This document shows positions 42,067 through 53,600 of a stretch of DNA of 64,000 nt, in pieces; position 1 is the first letter of the stretch; each line of letters starts with the position of its first letter. The DNA lies in NCBI RefSeq assembly GCF_035594765.1, contig NW_026943824.1, positions 8,450,317-8,514,316 of the forward strand. Direction: 5' to 3'. This DNA comes from Anolis carolinensis. Lineage: Eukaryota. The translations under genes and the position numbers were made by a program. The notes below the pieces were generated by a model. That model worked only from the letters and a program-made list of their open reading frames with translations. It ran no database searches and was not told the origin of the DNA.

Positions 42067-42939
42067 GACGTTTTTGGCCGTCACCAAGGGCTACAAGAAA
42101 TGAGATGTTCGCCTGTTTCTCTCCCTTTGAAAATATTTGAAATTAAATATGCAAATTGTATGCAAATGACCATCTCTTCTGCGGTAATTTCATCCTGCGA
42201 CCTCCCAAAGTCTTCTCCCCAGCAGCTTCACCCACACACCGAACGTCACTCCTTTCCCACCAATCATCTTTGAAGGATCCGGAACGCGGTCCTTCCATTG
42301 GCTGGCCTGGCCCACCAATGAAAAGAGAGCATGGGGTGCAAGCGCCTATATAGAGCCTATATCATGGGAGTTTAAAAAGAAAAACTATAGATCTGTGGAA
42401 TGTTTAAGGTGGGAGAAAAAACTCTTGTCCGATTGAGGCAAGTATGAATGTTGCAATTGGCCACCCTGATTAGCCTTTCAGCTTCAAGGTCTGGCTGTTT
42501 CCTGCCTTTGTTATTATTTATTTATTTACTATTTCTATCCCGCTTTTCGAGTCCCTCCGGGGAGATGGGGCGGGATATAAAAATAAAGTTATTATTATTA
42601 TTATTATTATTCTCCCGTGGGTGGGATTCAAAGCGGCCTACAACATATAAAATTCATACAAATACATCCGACCACAGTACAAAATCAGATTAAAACATCA
42701 TCCTAATATAAAAACCCAAATAACATATCAAATAAAACAATTTTAAAATCTTGCAGCAAGCACCATTTACAGATATCCATAACCTCCGGGCACTAAAGTT
42801 ATTTGTTAGGTATTTTGTTGGTTAGCTGGCCCTGACTGTTTCATGTTTGGCTATTCTTTGTCTGTGTGTCAGTCTATCTTTTCATGCCTCTATGATTTCC
42901 CCTTGCATCAGCTTTCCCTCAAGCTAGATTTAGAATGAG

Positions 42940-43400
42940 GTAAAAAGAAACCCCGCCTTCTCCATTCAGAGAGACCAATAGGACGAAGGCTAGCCCTCGA
43001 ATGACCAATGGGAGAAGAGGAGAGGGGCTGTGGATGGGCGGGTCATGTGCCTCTCCTCCAATCGGCAAGGCGGGGCGTGAGGGGCCTTCCTCGTGTGAGC
43101 CAGTCGGGCGGGAGAGCGACCGGGCGCCGGGTGCGGGGCCTTTTTGCGCCTCAGATGCCGATGTACAAGGTGAGGCCCTTCCAGGGCGGGCCGGGCTCCG
43201 CGGTGCCGCCCGAGCACCTCCCCACTTGCATGTACCGCCTCGGCAGCGTCCACCGGGAGCCCAAAGCCGGTCCCTCGCCGCCGGCGGAGCAGGTAGGAAG
43301 CAGGCCTCGGCCTTCAAGGGCCCGTCCTGAGGCGAGGGAAGACGCCTGCCTTCGTGGCGCTTTCGCTTTCAGTCCAGAGGAGGCGGTTTGGTGGCCTGTG
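42940..43400. promoter_or_regulatory. CpG-island promoter of AIMP2 (part of the PMS2/AIMP2 divergent promoter region)
   Basis: GC- and CpG-rich, with several CCAAT boxes and GGGCGG boxes, and overlapping AIMP2 exon 1. Confidence 0.8.
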
Positions 43401-46400
43401 TTTCTGTATCTCTGTAAAATAGAAGGGCGTTTTGTATACCTCTCATTTCATTCATGAAGATGGGTGTATATATGTACAGTAGAGTCTCACTTATCCAACA
43501 TAAACGGGCTAGCAGAATGTTGGATAAGCGAATATGTTGGATAATAAGGAGGCATTAAGGAAAAGCCTCTTAAACATCAAATTAGGTTATGATTTTACAA
43601 ATGAAGCACCAAAACATCATGTTAGACAACAAATTTGGTAGGAAAAGTAGTTCAATACGCAGTAATGCTATGTAGTAATTACTGTATTTATGAATTTAGC
43701 ACCAAAACATCACGATATATTGAAAAAATTGACTACAAAAATGCGTTGGATAATCCAGAACGTTGGATAAGAGAGTGTTGGATAAGTGAGACTCTACTGT
43801 ATTTATTTATTTACGACATTTATATCCCGCCCTTCTCACCCCGAAGGGGACTTAGAGCGGCTTGCAAATTTATACAGTACTCACTTATCCAACATAAACG
43901 GGCCGGCAGAATGTTGGATAAGTGAATATGTTGGATAATAAGGAGGCATTAAGGAAAAGCCTATTAAACATCAAATTAGGTTATGATTTTACAAATGAAG
44001 CACCAAAACATCATGTTAGACAACAAATTTGGCAGAAAAAGTAGTTCAATACGCAGTAATGCTATGTAGTAATTACTGTATTTATGAATTTAGCACCAAA
44101 ATATCACGATATATTAAAACATTGATTACAAAAATGCGTTGGATAATCCAGAACGTTGGATAAGAGAGTGTTGGATAAGTGAGACTCTACTGTATTGCAA
44201 TATTAGTAATATTATATGTAATATGTAATTAATATTGAATTATATTAATATTAGTATTATACTGTAATACATTACAACATTATTATCAATAAAAAGGTAA
44301 AGGTTTCCCCTGACGTTTAAGTCCAGTCAAGTCTGACTCTGGGGGTTGGTGCTCATCTCCATTTCTAAGCCAAAGAGCCGGCGTTGTCCGTAGACATCTC
44401 CAGGTCATGTGGTCAGCATGACTGCATGGAGCGCCGTTACCTTCCCGCCAGAGCGGTACCTATTGATCTACTCACATTTGCATGTTTTCGAACTGCTAGG
44501 TTTGCAGGAACTGGGCTTAACAGCGGGCGCTCAATCCGCTCCTGGGATTTGAACCTGGGACCTTTTGGTCCGCAAGTTCAGCAGTTCAGGCCTTTAACAC
44601 ACTGTGCCACCAGGGACCCCCTATTGTACTATACCACTATACTATAATATTAGTAATATTATATGTAATATGTAATATATAATTAATATTATTACATTAT
44701 ATTATTACAGTAGAGTCTCACTTATCCAATGTTCTGGATTATCCAATGCATTTTTGTAGTCAATGTTTTCAATACATCATGATATTTTGATGCTAAATTC
44801 GTAAATACAGTAATTACTACATAGCATTACTACGTATTGAACTACATTTTCTGTCAAATTTGTTGTTAAACATGTTTTGATGCTTAATTTGCAAAATCAT
44901 AACCTAATTTGATGTGTAATAGGCTTTTCCTTAATCCCTCCTTATTATCCAAGATATTTGCTTATCCAATGTTCTGCCGGCCCATTTATGTTGGATAAGT
45001 GAGACTACTGTATTAGTATTATACTGTAATACATTACAATATTATTATCAATATTATTATTATTAATTTAATTTATATACCGCTCTTCTCCCCCAGGGGG
45101 ACTCAGAGCGATCTTACATAATGGCAAGATTACTGCCACATATATTACAAAATATAGTAAAAACCAACAATCATACAACACACTTAAAAACCAATATCAT
45201 ACCCAATTAAAATATTAAAACACTGTGTGACCATTACAATAGGGCCAGAGCATTGGGCCAAACATCAGAGCCAGTCTATATTCAACTTCACATTAATCCA
45301 ACAAATACATCAGGTTATTGTAGATACAATATATTATATTATTATATATTAAGGTAAAAGTAAAGGTTTTCCCCTGACATTAAGTTTAGTTGTGTCAGAC
45401 GCAAGGGGTTGGTGCTCATCTCCATTTCTAAGCCGAAGAGCTGGCATTGTCCGTAGACACCTCCAATGTCATGTGGCCAGCATGACTGCATGGAGTGCTG
45501 TTACCAGGGCCACCAGGAACCCCATATATGTATGTGTCTGTATATATATATATATATACATTCATACAGTACGATGACTGAATTTTCATTGAGCTAAGTG
45601 AACGATAATCTAAATCTTAATTTAGGATGAAGTTGATCCGTCCCTTCAAGCTCTTGAATCCCGCCAGGAAGAGATCTTAAAGCGTTTGTATGAATTGAAG
45701 GCTGCTGTAGATAGCCTCTCCAAGATGATCCAAACACCAGATGCAGATTTTGATGCTACAAACATAATCCAGGCGGACGAACACGTTCCTTTAACTGCCA
45801 GTTCTGCAGACCTGGATAATTTACTTGGAAAGGCAAGTCCAGATTAACCTTGTCGTGGGAGAGCATTTCCTGTCTAGTGAGTAGATTAGCCGGGAAGAAG
45901 CTTCTGTGTGAAGTAACAAAGCTGTGACATTCTGGGAAATTGCAAACGTTTAGAATTTTTTCTCAGTCCCAGGCAGTCTGCTTCTGCTAAGCAACAGCTA
46001 TTTTTAAGCAGGTGTTGTTGTTTTGCTTCTTTGTAGAATATTGCCACTTTGTATGTTAAATTGCTGTTTTAAATTCTAAAAATCCAGCACTGAATGTGAT
46101 AAATGGGTTGGGTCAAGATACAGACGGACTGAATGGCTCTTAGCCAATGCATTGACACAGTTAGGAAGCCAAGTTCAAAAGCCTTCAATATAAAACATAT
46201 TCCTTTGGCTATATGTGTCTCTCAAGCAATTGCCTTGAGGTTTATAATAATAATAATAATAATCATCATCATACTTTATTTAAATCCTTCTCTATCTCCC
46301 AGTGAGGTGCAAATATGTGAACGGTTTATGAACCCTATGTTTTGCCGCTAGTAAAGAGAAGACCCTTCCTACAGTAGTAATTGCATTATTATTCTGGGAG

Positions 46401-47354
46401 ATGGAAGTATATAGTGCTGTCTGTCTATATATGGGAAAGGCCTACAATTTTTAAGATTACTTGAACAGTTTATTAATCATCCCTTCTTTTGATGCAGGAC
46501 TATAGTGCACTGAAGGATATTGTGATTAATGCCAACCCATCGCACCCTCCACTGTCACTGTTAGTACTTCACAGCTTGCTGTGTGAGAGCTACAAGGTAC
46601 TATCAGCTGTCCATACACACTCATCTGTGAAGAGTGTGCCAGAGAATCTCCTGAAATGCTTTGGTGACCAGGCTAAGAAGCAATCGCGTCATGAATACCA
46701 GTTGGGCTTTACACTCATTTGGAAAGATGGTAAGTCTGACCCATTGAAAAAGAGGGGGATATTTACTAGTAACAGGCAGAAGGAACTCCAGCTCTTGATA
46801 CTACAAGTAGCTGCTTTTTATGAAACAGTTGCACAAAAGTACCTTAAGTACACATTGATTTAAACAGTTACCTAGGTCTTCATAGATATATTAACAATAC
46901 ATTTTAAGCATATTTATCTGCTCCTTTGAAATGTTTCCTTTTGTCTAATGTTGTGATTATCATTCCAGTGTCAAAACCCCAGATGAAGTTCCGCATTCAA
47001 ACTATGTGTCCCATTGAAGGAGAAGGAAACATTGCTAGGTTCTTGTTCTCCTTACTTGGTCAGAAGCATAATGCCGTCACAGCAACTCTGATTGATAGCT
47101 GGGTTGATACAGCCATCTTCCAACTGCAGGACGGGAGCAGTAAAGAAAAAGCAGCCGTTTTGCGATCCATGAATGCGGCCCTAGGCAAGGCCTCCTGGCT
47201 GGTGGGAAATGAACTAACCTTAGCTGACATCGTGGCATGGTGTGCAATTCAGACAACCGGGAGCACAAATTCTGTTCCATCTAATGTGCAAAACTGGATG
47301 AAATCTTGTGAAAATCTGGCACCTTTTAATTCTGTTCTCAAATTGCTGAAGTAA
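43155..47354 (+). CDS. AIMP2: Aminoacyl-tRNA synthetase complex-interacting multifunctional protein 2 (p38/JTV1), 4 exons, 320 aa
   Basis: Exons 43155-43292 (MPMYKVRP...), 45626-45832 ([20 protein letters not shown]; GC donor), 46498-46729 ([14 protein letters not shown]) and 46969-47354 (GST-C-like, [14 protein letters not shown]). Total 963 nt. Head-to-head with PMS2. AATAAA at 47460-47465. Confidence 0.97.
44293..44620 (-). mobile_element. Sauria SINE
   Basis: Paralog of 24372-24701. Confidence 0.8.
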
Positions 47355-47667
47355 AGCTGTCCGGTAGAAAGGGAGACAAGTTGGAGTATTTTCTTCATCT
47401 TATTGTGGCTGTGAGCGTGAGTGAAGTTTAAGACAATAACTGTGAAATGTCTTAATGCTAATAAATTCATCAGAATTGCCTTTTGTGGCTGTATTTTCAG
47501 AGTTAGTATTTGGAATCCTCACCTCAGGACTCATTCCTTTAATGCAGAATATGACTTCTGTCTTTGTGACTCAGACAAATGATAGACATATGCACAAAAT
47601 CGTGGGAGAGTTTTTATATAAAAATTAGAACATCTTACAAAGCACCATATAAATACAGTTATCTGGT

Positions 47668-50600
47668 TTAAACAGGAGAGCCCAGTTCCTGAATTCTGTG
47701 TCTTTCCTCTTTCTCTTGCAGCAATAGCTGGACCCTTTCTTTAAGCAACCTGATTTCTTCTTCTTGCTGTATTACTTTCTGTTGCAGACTGCAAATAACC
47801 TAAAGATGAAGAATACAATGATTACATTTTAAATCATGAATATCACCATATCTTAAAAGCAGACACTTTCTCCATAAAAGTCAGCCTGCCAGGATTGTTT
47901 TATATAAGCCTAATTATGTATCCATGGCAGATGTTTTCAGTTAAATTACACTAAATACCCCCAAATGCATTTTTGTCAAATGGTAGCACTATTGTCTATC
48001 ATGACTAGTTACCAAAGTCAACGTTCAGACAAATATAATTTTCTAATTCCCTTATGCTGTTTTGGCCTTCTCCTTTCCATAGCTGCCTGAATTAGGAGTT
48101 AAGCTAAATTAAGATGAATGTGTGATATTAAAGAATTGAAGGGTGAGGAAAGAAATTAAAGCTCTATCACCAGCACATCCACACAATCTAGTATTACGCA
48201 GGAGAAAGGATCTTTTCCTTCTGTAAAATCATGCAAGGATGTGTTTCTATGTTAATATTTAAACTGACAGACATCCCCCCCATCTGATAAGTGCAATTGA
48301 CTGCCAGATGTACAGGCCTCCTTGCAACTCTAGTTCAAACCTCCGTGACAGCTGCATATCCCTCCAACTATTCTTAACTGTATATAAAATGCCAGATGGT
48401 ATACTGTTACAAGGAATTCTGGTTAGTTATTAGAAGCAAGGTCATGAAGTAGCCAGAAGCAGTTTTATACAGTATCAGATATCAAGGCTGTGTCTGAGAG
48501 CCCTTTCTACACAACTGTTAATTAAATAAACATGAGTATATTAACAACTGCTAAGAAGATTTAACTTATATACAGGATGACAAGTACTCCCAACTTATTG
48601 ATGCAAAAATAACTGTAAAAACATACATTTGCGGTGTTATGGAATAGTTCACTTTCAAGAAGTTGAGCAGCAGTTGGTCTGTTTGAAGATTTGAGGCTGG
48701 TTAGCAGCTTAATGTATTTGGTCTGTACTGGCCATCTTTTGCTAAAAGAGAGGGGAATGTTGCTGTTCCTTAAGTCCATCAAAACTTTAGTTCTCTCCAT
48801 TTCGGTTCCAAATGGCTGGAAAAGCTCAAACAGGATGACACCCAAGCTGTACATATCTGACTAGAGGCAGAAGAGAAGTTCAGTATTAACAAAATAATGT
48901 CTAAAAGGCTAGTAGAAGTTGTTCACTCCATATTAAGTACTGAAAATAGCTTAAGTGTAATTATAATACAATGAAAAATATGGGATGTAGTAAATTTTGT
49001 AATTTGTGAAAATAGCAGTGTTTTAACTATAATTATTCGGGATTACATATATGAAAGGATACTATACAAAGTTGACATTGTCACTGTATTGGCAAATAAG
49101 GAAGGAGACACTTGTTCCTTCCCTTGAAGGGAGTTCCTAATTGGTATCTTATTACCCAAATGGCTGCACTGCATTTTTGTCTCCCCTTTGCACCATTTAC
49201 TTTGCATCCGCCTTTTGAACATGTATGCTGAAACATAACTGTTATACTTTAAACATAACAGAAGCTCCACAATTGAGATCACTTTAAGAAATGATATCTC
49301 AATTAAATTTAGGTTACTCTACCTTAACATCATAGTGAGAACCTTCTAGTTGTTCGGGTGAAGCATACAAGCAAGTGCCAACTCCAGAGGTATGCATTAG
49401 TTCTGTGCAAACAAACAATAAATAGACAATTTCAGGTTTACAATAAGAAAAGAAGCAGCAGTATCTCAAACAGTACATTTCCAATTCAAACCAAATATTT
49501 GAAATTACCTGTTCTCTTCTTTGCACTTAGCAAGTGGATTGGATCTTCCTGAATAATATCTCTACAGGCCAGGCCAAAGTCACCTATTTTCACATGGTAG
49601 TCAGATCCTTGTAGAAAGATATTTCTGGGCTGTAAAAGCAGGAGCTCTGGGTTAGTTGTTTCAGAAAATTTGGCTATTTTTTACAAAAAGAAATGCAAGC
49701 ATTTTCCAGTCCCTCATGCTTTCTACCTATCTGCAAATGCATGTTGGCTGCAAAAAGCAAAACTGAGCCACAAATGGGAGGAAATGGTGTAAAGAAGACT
49801 CTTCTGCACAGATATTTCCTAGGTCCAAATAATGTGTCATCTCTGTCAAGAGAGGAGAGCCATTCAATCATCTAGTTCAGGGTAGAAAACGTGTGACCCT
49901 GCAGAAGCTGGACTACAACTCCCATTAGCCCTAGACAGCATTGCTGATGGTACAAGATGAAATGTCATAGCCAAACATCTGGAGTTATACATTCCGTATT
50001 ACTTTCATTGGTTCTAGAACTAGAAACTGCATCATCACAAAGATTTACTGGTCCAAACTCAGAATTCTGGATTTCATTTTCCTCAGACATAGGATTCACA
50101 GTGAGGCATTTTCTTTCTTAAAATGGGCAATCTGATTGGAGGCTCCTCCAGGCAGAATAACAAGGTACCAGACAGAAATAATTGAAGCTATAATGACTAA
50201 TGACATGTTTCAAAAGTCAGCCTATCAGCTGATTATTTGCGGAGTCTTTCTAAATGACCACCATCAAAGTACCACAACTACTTGTAAAGAGAGTTAATGT
50301 TGCTAAATCATACTATATTCTTGTGAACACATTCCTCTATATATCAAAAATGTCAAGTATATTTTGATAAAATCATCAAATCTAAGTGAGCAGTTTTGCC
50401 AAATATTTGCCCCATCGTCTGATATGAACAAATCCCAGACCTAGAAATAGAAAAAATTGAGAACAACCTCATGTTTGCAATTTTAATTTTGCTGCTCTTT
50501 CATGATATTATAGTTTTCCCACATATAATTGGTAGATTTCTTTTTTGTGATTTGATTATTCACAGGTTTGTAGCTGCCACTTCCTCTTCAATTGCCTGGC

Positions 50601-53600
50601 CTTCCAACAGTACCTGCTAGATTTTGAACTGGCAGCCTTTTCATCTTGACCCACCCCTTTTCCTCTGAGTCCTTCCCTCCCAAACCGTGATCCTCCCAGC
50701 CAGATTTTAAACCACTTTCCAGGACACTGATATCCTTGCCCTATGCCTCCAAGCTCCAGATTCTAAATACATAAAAATAGTTAAAATACATCTAAAACTT
50801 AAGCTTTTGAAAATCATTTTTCAATCAACATATCCCTATGTCCACAAAAGCATAAAGGCTTTGAAATGAGACACTATTTCAACTACACAAAGAACTACAA
50901 TTCAATTAAAGGGTTCCAGCTAGGGAAACTACCCCAATAAGATTATCAAATTCCTGCAGACATGTAGGAAAAACCATTGAACAAGAATCTGCAAACCTAA
51001 ACTTGTTTTCCACAATTATTTTACATATTTTTTTCCTCTCTGGGATGAATGGAACAATCAAAGCTGTCAAAGAAACCACGTGGAAGATGGACGAGACATG
51101 ATACACTGAATGAAGATCCTGAAACGAGGTAGTGTTTCATGATAACTATATAAAGCACTGGAATTCAGATTGGGTAGAGGACAAAAGAAATCTCAAAGCC
51201 CTCAAACTCAGGATGATGGCTTCGTTTGCCCAGTTTTTGTGCTGTGCCTGGAACAGATTTAAATGTAGATGACATGTCTTGCACTCATATAACATATATC
51301 CCAAAGGGTATAATATCATTGTCTAGTATGACATGATACAAGGACCTTTAGTCCTCCAACTGTTTGAGATTTAACTCCCAGAATCCCAGATCATTGGCCA
51401 AAGTAGCTTCGACTTCTGGGTGTTTGAAGTCCCAAACTCCTGGAGGACTAGAGTAATACTGGGCAATTCCATGAAAGAAAAACACTCCTGTTTACTAAAG
51501 GGGTAATTCTTGAAGGCACATGAAAGGAAGAGACTGTCAATAATGGGTATTTTACAGCAGGTCTCTTCAACCTGTCTCCATGTGTTTCAGCCTCCAACTC
51601 CCAGAAGCCCTAGCTAATTTGTTCTATGGTCAGGAATTCTGAGAGCTTAAGTCCAAAACACTAGGTTGAAGAGGCCTGCTTGACAATGATAAGGCGAGAA
51701 GGCTGCCTTCTAGACCAAATATCCCCAACCTGATGCCATCCAGGGATGCTAACACATTGTAGCGCAGGAGAAATAGAAATTGCACATATGTCACCATCTA
51801 CCTCTATCACTATCCACACAGTCGAGAGACAACAGGATGGTCTTCAAGCAAGAATCAAAGAACTGAGGAAAGCAATAATAAAGCTGCTCTTCACCTCAAA
51901 CTAAAGGAAGACTTCAACAAGCTGCGGCCTCTGTTCCCTACCCCTGACTACCATCCTCTTCATTTAGCAATTGTCACCGGATATCCTCACATCATACCAG
52001 ACTTGCTAAAGCGTGGGGCAAAAATAAATGACAAAGATATGGCGGGACGAACAGCTCTCCATCTGGCGTCCGAAGTGCTCTACCTAGAGGCAATGACACT
52101 TTTACTCGGCTGTGGAGCCAGCGTAAACCTCACAATCCCTGCCACAAGAGAAACAGCACTCCATTTAGCAGTCCGGTCTTCCTCTTGCAAGGCCGGGACC
52201 CTTTTAGCGGCAGGTGGCAAGTGCGTTGAGTTGCTGTTGCTTAATGGGGCAAACATACACATGAGAGACTGGAAAGGACAAGAAGCTATTCATACAGCTT
52301 GTCGAAATGGCAGAGAAGAGATCATTAAGCTTTTGTTCAATTATGGGGCAGATGTGAACTCTTTAACCCCGGAAGAGGAGTCTCCACTGTTTCTGTTCCT
52401 TGAAAAAACAGGCAATTTAAGGAAGCTAAATGTGCTGAGGGAGCTGCTACGCCTAACCTATCCTTTGAAATTAATGAATTCCGAAGGCCATCTCCCCAAA
52501 GCGCTGTACAATCCCAGCTGTGAGCTACTGCATGACCTGCTCAGGGATATGGCTGCGGAAGTCTGGTCCTTGCAGGACATTTGCAAATTCAATGTCAGGA
52601 ACGTATATAGAGGAGCCATGATATGCTGGCTAAAAGAGAGGATTCCAACCCAGTTGTGGAACTCCATATACATTCGTCAAGAATATTCATATGCTTCAAA
52701 AATGAAATGATTCCTTTACTTGAGGCCCAACACCCATTCTGGAACATCATTATACCAGAATAGTAGAAACTGAGTTCCAATATGCTAGCTAAATAAATGA
52801 ATGTAGAATTGACTGTGCGTTTTCAACTAGTCCTAATTCTCTTGAATATTTCAGTAGTGCTAACTTACATGAAAGGTGAAATATTCCTATAATGGGACGC
52901 AGAGGTACATACAGATACATTGTCATGAAAAACAGTTTTGCCTTCACTTATGAAGGTGCAGGTGGTGACAATGATAACCAATAACAAGAATAAGATATAA
53001 TAAAGCTTGGGTGAAGTTCGGAGTTATTTTTTGAGAAAGAAATAAAATAAAGGCATGGGCAAACCTGTAATTGTAAAAGGGTTGCAATTAGAAATGATTG
53101 AACAAGGACATTCTATACCTTTCCTGGATCTAAGCTAGTATATTTAATCTTTATTTTATATATTTCAACTAGTATCATATCCTTAATTCATTGAGTACCT
53201 CTAGAATGTGGGAACTGGTTTCTCTTCACAAAGAAAAAGACCAAAGTCTTCTGTCTGAAAAGTGTATTTTAACTTACTTTAATGTCCCGGTGCATGATTT
53301 CCATACTATGGATATAATACACTCCTTCAAGTAGCTCTTGGAAGATTTTTAATATCCCTTGATTGTCTACGTGGTGATATGGACCTTTAATATAGAAGTA
53401 CGTCGTTATTGTTGTTGAAGCAGTTATTGTTTTTCAATATACAAAGACAACACAGAACATCTATGTTAACAAACATATTCTATCCATGTTTAATAAGATA
53501 TGACAGGTGAGCCTTTCAAGAAAATGTCAGTCTAGATAATGTATGAGTAAACTTCAGCCCTCCAGGGTTTTTGGACTTCAACTCCCACAATTCCTAACAG

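Noticed and set aside
42919-43457. Overlapping GC-rich ORFs on both strands (also 63382-63805)
   Set aside because: CpG islands are depleted of stop codons. Only the AIMP2 and EIF2AK1 first exons are supported.
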